Shown piece after piece: positions 1 to 7,221 of a DNA stretch of 42,455 nt (positions are counted from its first letter, which is position 1; the number at the start of each line of letters is the position of its first letter). This stretch comes from Flavobacteriales bacterium (GTDB taxonomy: Bacteria > Bacteroidota > Bacteroidia > NS11-12g > UBA955), in assembly GCA_947472115.1 (NCBI GenBank), contig CANIZU010000001.1, forward strand, positions 1 to 42,455, written 5' to 3'. The notes below the pieces were generated by a model, which saw nothing but the letters and a program-made list of their open reading frames with translations, was not told the origin of the DNA and did no database searches. The position numbers and the translations under genes were made by a program.

Positions 1-33
1 AAGGGGTCGTGAGTTCGAATCTCGCCATCCCGA
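1..33 (+). tRNA. 3' end of a tRNA gene truncated by the window edge; probably tRNA-Pro
   Basis: T-arm GTGAG/TTCGAAT/CTCGC at 9-25, acceptor 3' strand CATCCCG at 26-32, discriminator A33. The AAGGGGTC segment, a C1:G72-type acceptor and A73 resemble bacterial tRNA-Pro. The anticodon lies outside the window, so identity is inferred. Confidence 0.6.
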
Positions 34-44
34 CCCAGTAAAAT

Positions 45-80
45 CAAGGCCTCAGAGAGATTTGGGGCCTTGCTGTTTTT
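45..80 (+). terminator. Rho-independent terminator after the tRNA
   Basis: Stem 45-56 pairs with 61-72 (core AAGGCC/GGCCTT plus extensions with G:T pairs), 4-nt loop GAGA, followed by CTGTTTTT. Confidence 0.6.
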
Positions 81-84
81 GGCC

Positions 85-106
85 GGTTCAAACATGGTTC
101 AAACAT
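85..106. repeat. Perfect tandem duplication GGTTCAAACAT x2 (11-bp period)
   Basis: 85-95 and 96-106 are identical, read directly from the sequence. Confidence 0.95.
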
Positions 107-195
107 TTTATATAAATTCCCGGAAATTGTTTAAGCGGTAATAAAAATTATGGCAAAAATCGGTTACCTATTTGGAGAATTTGAAGTATCTATCA

Positions 196-203
196 TATGT
201 TTG
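196..203 (+). promoter_or_regulatory. Candidate Bacteroidota -7 box TATGTTTG (TAnnTTTG)
   Basis: Exact match to TAnnTTTG, with a TTG at 172-174 about 21 nt upstream. It lies about 108 nt before the ATG at 311, a longer leader than at the other boxes. Confidence 0.25.
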
Positions 204-310
204 AAAATGAATTGGTTAGATTAGTTGGATGGTTTGCCTAATTAGCACTGATCCTAGATCTTTCCAAAAGCCTAAGAAATATACAACCAGACTCCCCAAA
301 CTTCGTACTA

Positions 311-1861
311 ATGCCACAGAAAAAACACTCCATTTCCGCCGGCCTTTTCTATTTGGCAATGGTTCTATTCACAGCAAATCCACTATCCGCACAAACCAAA
401 AAATATCCTGCGGCCAAGAGCTTGTTGCGACAAGAATTCCACCCTGAGGAAGGCTTCGTTAACTTGCGTGCTCTTCAATTAGGGAAAGAGGGTGTACTAC
501 TTACATCGGAAACCTATAAAATAGAAAGAGGTGAAATGCGCTACCACTATGATATCGTCAATACCGACCTTAAAATTGTCAAAGAAAATATTCTAATTGT
601 GGACAGGGTGTTTATTGGTACGGGGATGAATCAAAGAGCATTTTTGGGACAAACCAATTATCATCACTTGTTTTTTGGTAAAAAGAACTTTATCCTGCAC
701 ACTGTGCCTCGGTCAGGATTGGAAGATGCTACCGAAGTGCATGGGTCTTTTCCCATCGAAGGTGTTATTCAATTCGTCGCATCTCTGCCAGAGAAATTGG
801 TCCTTGTATTTAGGAGCAAATCGGCGGTTTCTTTAGTATTTGTCGATTGGAAAACCGGAGATACCCACGTGACGCCGATAAAATTACCGGAGGAGGTCAA
901 AGCAAAGAAAGCAACCATTTTAAGTTTCCAAGAGATTACGAATATCAATGAATTTGCAGTAATCCTTAGAATCAATGAAAAAAGCGGGTACCACAATCAA
1001 TGTTTGATGTACTCACCCAATGGCGATTTGGTTAGAACCATTGAGATAACTCCAAAGCAAGACATTGTGTTGATTGAGTGTAAAATAACAGCAACAGACA
1101 AGACGAAATTCATTTTTTCAGGCACCTACAACAACAAATTGCAAAACAAAAAGTCGTTGTTGGCCGAAGGTTTCTTTTTCGCCGAAAGTGATACGCGCGT
1201 TTTAAAGTTTTTAACCCCAACCAATTTTCTTGATTTGGAGAATTTTACTGAATTCCTGTCGGATCGAAGGCAAAACAGCATCGATAAGCGTGTGGAAAGG
1301 GCAGAGAATGCGGGCAAGCAATTGACCATGGAATATTTGATGACAATACACCCCATTGTTAATTTGTCTGATGGTTATATGTTGGTGGGTGAAGCATTTT
1401 ATCCAACTTATGCCACCAAAGAGACTATGGTCAATGGAAAACCCGTTAGCAGAAACGTATTCGACGGTTACAGATACACACATGCCGTTGTTGTGAAGTT
1501 CGACGTCAATGGCAATCGCAAGATGGATCAATGTCTGCCATTAAAACTTGATTATAAGCCCAAAGAAGTTTTGAAATTTGTTGCGGTGAATGCATCGGTG
1601 CCAAACCAGATTTCCTTAAGTTATGTTACAGATAATATTTTGACATACAAGGTTTTCAACCAATCAGGCACGGAAATTTCACAGAATAAATGTGAGGTTG
1701 TAGCAACTGGAAGAGAAGATGAGCGACTAATTAGTACTACCGCGAATATGCGTCACTGGTACGATGCCAATTTTCTCGTATCTGGCTATCAGACCACCAA
1801 AGATCAAGATGGCGAAAGAACCAAGGTGTTCTTCCTCAACAAAGTACAGCTGGTGGAGTGA
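311..1861 (+). CDS. Hypothetical secreted protein, 516 aa, no family recognised
   Basis: Long uninterrupted ORF with an N-terminal signal-like segment (SAGLFYLAMVLFTANPLSAQ). No catalytic motif recognised. Confidence 0.7.
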   Translation: MPQKKHSISAGLFYLAMVLFTANPLSAQTKKYPAAKSLLRQEFHPEEGFVNLRALQLGKEGVLLTSETYKIERGEMRYHYDIVNTDLKIVKENILIVDRVFIGTGMNQRAFLGQTNYHHLFFGKKNFILHTVPRSGLEDATEVHGSFPIEGVIQFVASLPEKLVLVFRSKSAVSLVFVDWKTGDTHVTPIKLPEEVKAKKATILSFQEITNINEFAVILRINEKSGYHNQCLMYSPNGDLVRTIEITPKQDIVLIECKITATDKTKFIFSGTYNNKLQNKKSLLAEGFFFAESDTRVLKFLTPTNFLDLENFTEFLSDRRQNSIDKRVERAENAGKQLTMEYLMTIHPIVNLSDGYMLVGEAFYPTYATKETMVNGKPVSRNVFDGYRYTHAVVVKFDVNGNRKMDQCLPLKLDYKPKEVLKFVAVNASVPNQISLSYVTDNILTYKVFNQSGTEISQNKCEVVATGREDERLISTTANMRHWYDANFLVSGYQTTKDQDGERTKVFFLNKVQLVE

Positions 1862-1896
1862 TTCGTTCGTGGTGATGTTGTAATTTCACGACCGTA

Positions 1897-2928
1897 ATGA
1901 ATCAACTAGCAACCCCTATAGAATTTCGTTCCGATACCTTTACCAAACCCTCCGAACCCATGCTCCAAGCCATGTTTGCGGCTTCAGTGGGCGATGATGT
2001 TTTTGGGGAAGACGCCTCAGTGAATGCCCTCGAACGCAGTGTGGCCGAGTTTTTTGGGATGGAAGCGGGGCTATTTTGTCCGTCCGGCACCATGACCAAC
2101 CAAATCGCGATTCAAGTGCATACCCAACCCGGCGATGAGGTGATTTGCGAGGCCGGTTCACACGTCTATTATTACGAAGGCGGTGGCATCGCCAAGAATG
2201 CTGGGGCTCAGGTGAGGTTGGTGCAGGGTTCGTTCGGACGGATAACGGCAGCGCAGATTTTGCCCGTGATCAATCCCGACGATGTGCATCGCGCGCGGAC
2301 CCGTTTGGTGAGTCTCGAAAATACCTGCAATCGCGGGGGAGGGAGCTGTTATGATTTGGCGGAAATCGCAAAAATTCGTTCACTGTGCGATGCACATGGA
2401 CTTGGACTTCACCTGGATGGGGCCCGTTTGATGAATGCCATCGTAGCGAAACAAGAGGATCCCAAGGAGTATGGCAAATTATTTCATAGCATATCGTTGT
2501 GTTTGAGCAAGGGTTTGGGCGCGCCGGTGGGTAGCGTGTTGCTAGGGGATGCGACCTATATCAAACAGGCAAGAAGGGTGCGCAAAGTGATGGGTGGCGG
2601 GATGCGTCAGGCTGGGTATTTGGCAGCGGCCGGACTTTATGCGATGCATCACAACATCAATCGTTTGGCCGAGGATCATGCCCATGCGAAGCAGTTGGCC
2701 GATGCTTTGAAACAGTGCGATTGGGTGGGAGAAATCTTCCCTGTTGAAACCAATATTGTGATTTTTGAGGTTTCAGGCCCACGCACAGCCCATGAAGTGG
2801 TGTCGAAGTTGCTATCGCACAACATTCGGGTTTCGGCGATGTCGCCCACACACATCCGTTTTGTTACCCATTTGGATGTCACCCCGGAAATGATTCAACG
2901 CACCGTAGAGGTGTTGAATGGACTTTGA
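1897..2928 (+). CDS. ltaE: Low-specificity L-threonine aldolase (PLP-dependent)
   Basis: FRSDTFTKPS...GDDVFGED...PSGTMTNQIA at the N-terminus and the PLP-lysine region SLCLSKGLGAPVGS are typical of the threonine aldolase family. Confidence 0.85.
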   Translation: MNQLATPIEFRSDTFTKPSEPMLQAMFAASVGDDVFGEDASVNALERSVAEFFGMEAGLFCPSGTMTNQIAIQVHTQPGDEVICEAGSHVYYYEGGGIAKNAGAQVRLVQGSFGRITAAQILPVINPDDVHRARTRLVSLENTCNRGGGSCYDLAEIAKIRSLCDAHGLGLHLDGARLMNAIVAKQEDPKEYGKLFHSISLCLSKGLGAPVGSVLLGDATYIKQARRVRKVMGGGMRQAGYLAAAGLYAMHHNINRLAEDHAHAKQLADALKQCDWVGEIFPVETNIVIFEVSGPRTAHEVVSKLLSHNIRVSAMSPTHIRFVTHLDVTPEMIQRTVEVLNGL

Positions 2929-2930
2929 TT

Positions 2931-5267
2931 TTACCCGTGCTTGCGCAACTTCAAGATCACCATCTTGCTGGTAGGCGTGTTGCTCCTATCGGCCACGGAA
3001 TCAATCGGAACCAAAATATTCGCCTCCGGGAAATACGTTGCTGCGCAACCCAACGGAATGTTAAAGCTGATGATGATGAATTTTCGTGCCACGCGCTCAA
3101 TACCCCCGTGGAAATTGTATAAATCCACCAATTCGCCAGCCTCAAATCCCAATTTCTTGATGTCCTTCGGGTTCATAAAAATCACACGACGTTCATTCTC
3201 CACCCCGCGATATCGATCGTTTAAGCCATAAATGGTTGTGTTGAACTGGTCGTGACTTCGGATCGTCATCATCATCAATTCATCGTCTGCCACTGAAACG
3301 GGAACAGGGGTTGCCACGTTGAAATTGGCCTTGCCCGTTATCGTATTCCACTTGCCATCGCGGGCCGAGTTGGGCAAATAAAATCCGCCCATTTCACGCG
3401 CACGCTCGTTGTAGTTGTCGAACCCTGGGATACCGGCCTCAATCGCATCGCGAATGTGGTCGTAATGGGTCGCGTATTTATCCCAGGGAATCACACTCTT
3501 GCTACCCAATGTGGCCTTGGCCAAGCCAATTACAATCTGGGGTTCGCTGCGGAGATCGCCGGAGACGGGTTTGAGTTTTCCTTTCGACATCTGCACCACG
3601 CCCATAGAGTTTTCGCAGGTGATAAACTGGTGCTCGCCGTTGATAATATCGGAATCGGACCTGCCGAAACAGGGGAGGATGATGGCTTCTTTCCCGGTCA
3701 CCAAATGACTTCGATTCAACTTGGTAGACACCTGCACGGTGAGGTCGCAATTTTGCAACGCATCGGCTGTATATTCAGTATCGGGGCTCGCTGATAGGAA
3801 GTTTCCACCCATCGCGAAGAACACTTTCGCATCGCCTTTGTGCATCGCCTGGATACAATCCACCACATCGTAGCCATGGGCCTGTGGCGGGTGAAAACCA
3901 AACGCTTTTTCGATGCGATCCAAGAATGCCTGTGGCGGTTTTTCGTAGATGCCCATGGTGCGATCGCCTTGCACGTTGGAGTGGCCGCGGACCGGACAAG
4001 TACCTGCGCCTTCCTTGGCGATGCTGCCTTTGATGAGCAACAAATTCACGACTTCTTTGATCGTATCAACGGCATTTTTATGCTGTGTGAGACCCATCGC
4101 CCAACAAGCAATGATCTTGGTTTTGTCTTTGAGCGCCGCAACGGTTTCGTCGATTTGCCAGCGTCGAAGGCCGGTTTGTTCGATCAAATTGTCTAGCGAT
4201 TGCGCTTCGATATTATCCTTCCACTCGGCAAAACCTTGGGTGCTATTGGCGATGAAATTTTGGTCGAGCACGGTTCCTGGGGCTTTTTCTTCTTCAGCGA
4301 GTAACAACTTTTCGATGGCCTGTATTAACGCCATGTCGCCATTGAGCTTCACCTGCAAGAAAATATCCGTGAGGCGGGCTTTGATACCCAACGCGCCTTT
4401 CACCGATTGCGGATCAGAGAATGCGATTAGTCCGGTTTCAGGCAATGGGTTAATTGAAATAATGGTGGCGCCGCACTCCTTGGCTTTTTGCAATGCGCTG
4501 AGCATGCGGGGGTGGTTGGTGCCGGGGTTCTGACCGATGATCAGGATGGCTTCGGCCTTGTAAAAATCTTCTAGTTTCACCGAACCTTTTCCGATGCCCA
4601 CGCTTTCGTTGAGGGCCACACCGCTTGATTCGTGACACATGTTGGAGCAATCGGGGAGGTTGTTGGTGCCGTATTCGCGGGCAAACAATTGGTATAAAAA
4701 CGCGGCTTCGTTCGATGTGCGTCCGCTGGTATAAAACACCGCCTCATCGGGCGATTTGAGTTTATTTAGGTGGGTGGCAATTTTGCCAAAGGCATCGTCC
4801 CAGCTGATGGGGGTGTAGTGCGATGCACCTGCTGCGAGGTAAACGGGTTCTGCGATCCGTCCCTTTTTTCCGATTTCGTAATCGTTGAGCAAAGACAAAT
4901 CCGCCACGCTATTTTTGGCAAAAAACGAGGCTGTTAAACGTTTGGTGGTGGCTTCATCGGCTACGGCTTTGGCTCCGTTTTCACAGTATTCACCGATGGG
5001 AGATCGCTCATCGTCGGGGTCGGGCCAGGCACAACTGGGGCAATCGAAACCGCCTTTTTGGTTGAGTGCGAAGAGGGCTTTGGCACCACGGGCTAGGTTC
5101 ATTTCTTTGAGAACGTGCTGGACGGCCACTTTTACACCGGTAATTCCCGCCGCTGATGTGCTCGGTTTATGGAGTCGCAATTTGAGCAGTACCTCCGGAT
5201 TTTCGGCTTGTACGTGTGTGGTTGGCGTATCGTGAGAGGTGTTTTTGGTGTGGTTGTGATTGTCCAT
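2931..5267 (-). CDS. FdhF/YdeP-family molybdopterin oxidoreductase, 778 aa
   Basis: N-terminal Cys cluster CPSCAWPD...YCENGAK, active-site region PDCSNMCHESSG (Cys, not Sec), and size typical of the YdeP-like formate-dehydrogenase-related family. ATG at 5267-5265. Confidence 0.85.
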   Translation of the reverse strand: MDNHNHTKNTSHDTPTTHVQAENPEVLLKLRLHKPSTSAAGITGVKVAVQHVLKEMNLARGAKALFALNQKGGFDCPSCAWPDPDDERSPIGEYCENGAKAVADEATTKRLTASFFAKNSVADLSLLNDYEIGKKGRIAEPVYLAAGASHYTPISWDDAFGKIATHLNKLKSPDEAVFYTSGRTSNEAAFLYQLFAREYGTNNLPDCSNMCHESSGVALNESVGIGKGSVKLEDFYKAEAILIIGQNPGTNHPRMLSALQKAKECGATIISINPLPETGLIAFSDPQSVKGALGIKARLTDIFLQVKLNGDMALIQAIEKLLLAEEEKAPGTVLDQNFIANSTQGFAEWKDNIEAQSLDNLIEQTGLRRWQIDETVAALKDKTKIIACWAMGLTQHKNAVDTIKEVVNLLLIKGSIAKEGAGTCPVRGHSNVQGDRTMGIYEKPPQAFLDRIEKAFGFHPPQAHGYDVVDCIQAMHKGDAKVFFAMGGNFLSASPDTEYTADALQNCDLTVQVSTKLNRSHLVTGKEAIILPCFGRSDSDIINGEHQFITCENSMGVVQMSKGKLKPVSGDLRSEPQIVIGLAKATLGSKSVIPWDKYATHYDHIRDAIEAGIPGFDNYNERAREMGGFYLPNSARDGKWNTITGKANFNVATPVPVSVADDELMMMTIRSHDQFNTTIYGLNDRYRGVENERRVIFMNPKDIKKLGFEAGELVDLYNFHGGIERVARKFIIISFNIPLGCAATYFPEANILVPIDSVADRSNTPTSKMVILKLRKHG

Positions 5268-5283
5268 GTTGAACTCGTAAACT

Positions 5284-5291
5284 CAAAAATA
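5284..5291 (-). promoter_or_regulatory. Candidate -7 box TATTTTTG for the ydeP-like gene
   Basis: The plus strand reads CAAAAATA, the reverse complement of TAnnTTTG. It lies 16 nt upstream of the ATG at 5267. Confidence 0.35.
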
Positions 5292-5366
5292 CCAATTTCT
5301 TTTGGTGAACGCATCAAATCCTTTTCAACGAGGCATGAAAGTGTGCAATGGGCTGGAGGGTGGTGA

Positions 5367-5681
5367 CTACTTATCGCGCATCAAATCGAGTTCTACCTCT
5401 ATGTTTAGGGCCTGGGTTGAGGGGTGGTCCGATGAAAAAGCGATGCGATGGTTGGGCGTTTCCATCCAGATTTCGCGGGTGTTTTGGGCTAATGCGATGA
5501 TGTACTTTTGATCGGTAAAATGGGCTTCTGATTGCGCATGATGGCCAATTTTTAACACAAAAGTTAGGGTTTGCGTGGGGAAGGGGAGATGATTTTCCAA
5601 GGATTCGCCATTCAACAGTTGGGCAAGCTCGTTTTCCTGAATTCGGAATCGGATGTGGTTGTCTTTGATGCGAATTTTCAT
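5367..5681 (-). CDS. Small hypothetical protein, 104 aa, translationally coupled to fdhD
   Basis: ATG at 5681-5679 overlaps the fdhD stop TGA at 5680-5678 (ATGA). The ORF track's upstream extension to 5717 lies inside fdhD. No family recognised. Confidence 0.6.
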   Translation of the reverse strand: MKIRIKDNHIRFRIQENELAQLLNGESLENHLPFPTQTLTFVLKIGHHAQSEAHFTDQKYIIALAQNTREIWMETPNHRIAFSSDHPSTQALNIEVELDLMRDK

Positions 5682-6598
5682 ATTTCCACCCGTTGACTGT
5701 GGGTATAAATGTTGCATCGTTCGCCGCGCAAAAATCCGACGAGGGTGATGCCGAGTTCTTCGGCTAGGTCAATGGCAAGGCTACTCGGAGCACCCACTGC
5801 CGCAATCATCCTAATGCCGGCCATGGCCGCTTTTTGCACAAGTTCAAACGAGATTCGTCCGCTGAGTAATAGGATTTGGTCAGTGAGGGCGATAAAGGTT
5901 TCAGGCGCTTCCATGTTTGTTAACTCGCTGCGACTCGATTGATCCACTGTTTCCGATATTTTATGGTTACTCTTGACGTTGCTGCGCAGCCCTCCGCCGA
6001 TGAGTTTGTCGAGGGCGTTATGTCGACCTACATCTTCCGCCGTGGCGATAATATCTCCGTTGCGATGGAAGAGGGCGCAGCCGTGAATTCCGCCGGTATG
6101 TTCAAAGCTTGCTTGGGCATTTCTCAGGGCATCGGGCAGGCGAAAAAGGACGCTCGCATCCACTTTCCATTGGGTTTGAGGCAGGGCGATTTTGCATTTC
6201 ACTTGCACCGCATCGATGGATGCTTTGCCGCAGACGCCGCAACTGGACGTAGTATAAAAATGTCGTTCCATCGAATCCAAATCAACCACTACGCTATCGT
6301 GAAGTTCAATGGTGATGCTGCTTTGGTCGGGAGATTCTTGGGTGGAAATGATATCTTGGGCCGAAGAAATGATGCCTTCGGTGAACAAAAATCCCAGGGC
6401 GAGTTCTACGTCGTTGCCAGGGGTTCGCATGGTAATGGCGATATTCTTATCGGTGTTGGGTTCCAAATTTGCCCCGGTGAGTCTAATTTCTAGCGGTTCT
6501 TCCACGGCCACAAAATCATTAGTAGCGAGGGCGTTTCCGTGCTCCAATCGGGTGATTTCGGTGGGTGATATGCTTAGTTTGGTCGACAAGGATTGCAA
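5678..6598 (-). CDS. fdhD: Formate dehydrogenase accessory sulfurtransferase FdhD
   Basis: SSCGVCGK cysteine motif, TGGIHGCALF and GRHNALDKLIG are typical FdhD signatures. The start appears to be TTG at 6598-6596, with no nearby ATG. Confidence 0.85.
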   Translation of the reverse strand: MQSLSTKLSISPTEITRLEHGNALATNDFVAVEEPLEIRLTGANLEPNTDKNIAITMRTPGNDVELALGFLFTEGIISSAQDIISTQESPDQSSITIELHDSVVVDLDSMERHFYTTSSCGVCGKASIDAVQVKCKIALPQTQWKVDASVLFRLPDALRNAQASFEHTGGIHGCALFHRNGDIIATAEDVGRHNALDKLIGGGLRSNVKSNHKISETVDQSSRSELTNMEAPETFIALTDQILLLSGRISFELVQKAAMAGIRMIAAVGAPSSLAIDLAEELGITLVGFLRGERCNIYTHSQRVEI

Positions 6599-6618
6599 TT
6601 TAGTTCGTAAAATTCTTT

Positions 6619-7221
6619 TTAGCGAGGAAAATGGGTTTTATCGGGCGAGGGCTTTTCGTTGGGAAAATCAAAGCTTCGCAGCGATGCCAATTGGTCCGAC
6701 GTGGGAATCAAATAGTGGTGGGGTTGTTGTTCGATGAAGGCCCGGAGGCTGGATTGGGTTTCGGCGAAGGCGGGGAGGTGTTGCAGGATCGACATAGGGT
6801 AATAGGCCACGAGGGGGTCGATGATGCCGGTGATAGGGTTTTTATAGCAACAGATTTTGTTGTTCATGAGGCCTACGGCGAGGAGGTTTGATAGTATGTC
6901 TTCAGTGATGCTACGGTAATCGCAGCCAAGGACGATTAGGTGTGCATCGTTTACGGTGCCTATTGATGCCAAATAACTTAGCAATCCGGTCATGGGGCCT
7001 TTGTTTGCGAAAAGCGGATTGTCGTAAACTGTTTGCAATACAGGCGAGGTTTCTACGGGAATTTTTTGCTCTTCTCTGCAAGAAATATGCACGATGTCGC
7101 ACTGTGATGAGAGCCAATCCGCCGCGCGCAGCGCGGCGGATTGGCCCCCCACCGAAATCAAGGCCTTATCTGTTCCCATCCGCCGGCTTTCGCCGCCGGC
7201 TAGCACCAACCCCGCAATCAT
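6619..7221 (-). CDS. mobA: Molybdenum cofactor guanylyltransferase MobA
   Basis: N-terminal LAGGESRRMGTDKALI motif and about 200 aa length. ATG at 7221-7219 overlaps the upstream gene's stop TGA at 7220-7218. Confidence 0.8.
   Translation of the reverse strand: MIAGLVLAGGESRRMGTDKALISVGGQSAALRAADWLSSQCDIVHISCREEQKIPVETSPVLQTVYDNPLFANKGPMTGLLSYLASIGTVNDAHLIVLGCDYRSITEDILSNLLAVGLMNNKICCYKNPITGIIDPLVAYYPMSILQHLPAFAETQSSLRAFIEQQPHHYLIPTSDQLASLRSFDFPNEKPSPDKTHFPR

Noticed and set aside
2931-5267. Selenocysteine decoding in the formate-dehydrogenase-like oxidoreductase, possibly linked to the partial tRNA at the left edge
   Set aside because: The ORF is uninterrupted, with Cys at the active-site position (CSNMCHES) and no in-frame TGA. 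The partial tRNA has a normal 7-bp acceptor and resembles tRNA-Pro, not tRNA-Sec.
3456-6493. Antisense ORFs of 110-194 aa inside the ydeP-like and fdhD genes (for example 3949-4533 and 5939-6493)
   Set aside because: They lie fully within genes that have clear family motifs on the opposite strand, and they have no recognisable motifs of their own. This is typical of spurious ORFs in moderately GC-rich coding DNA.
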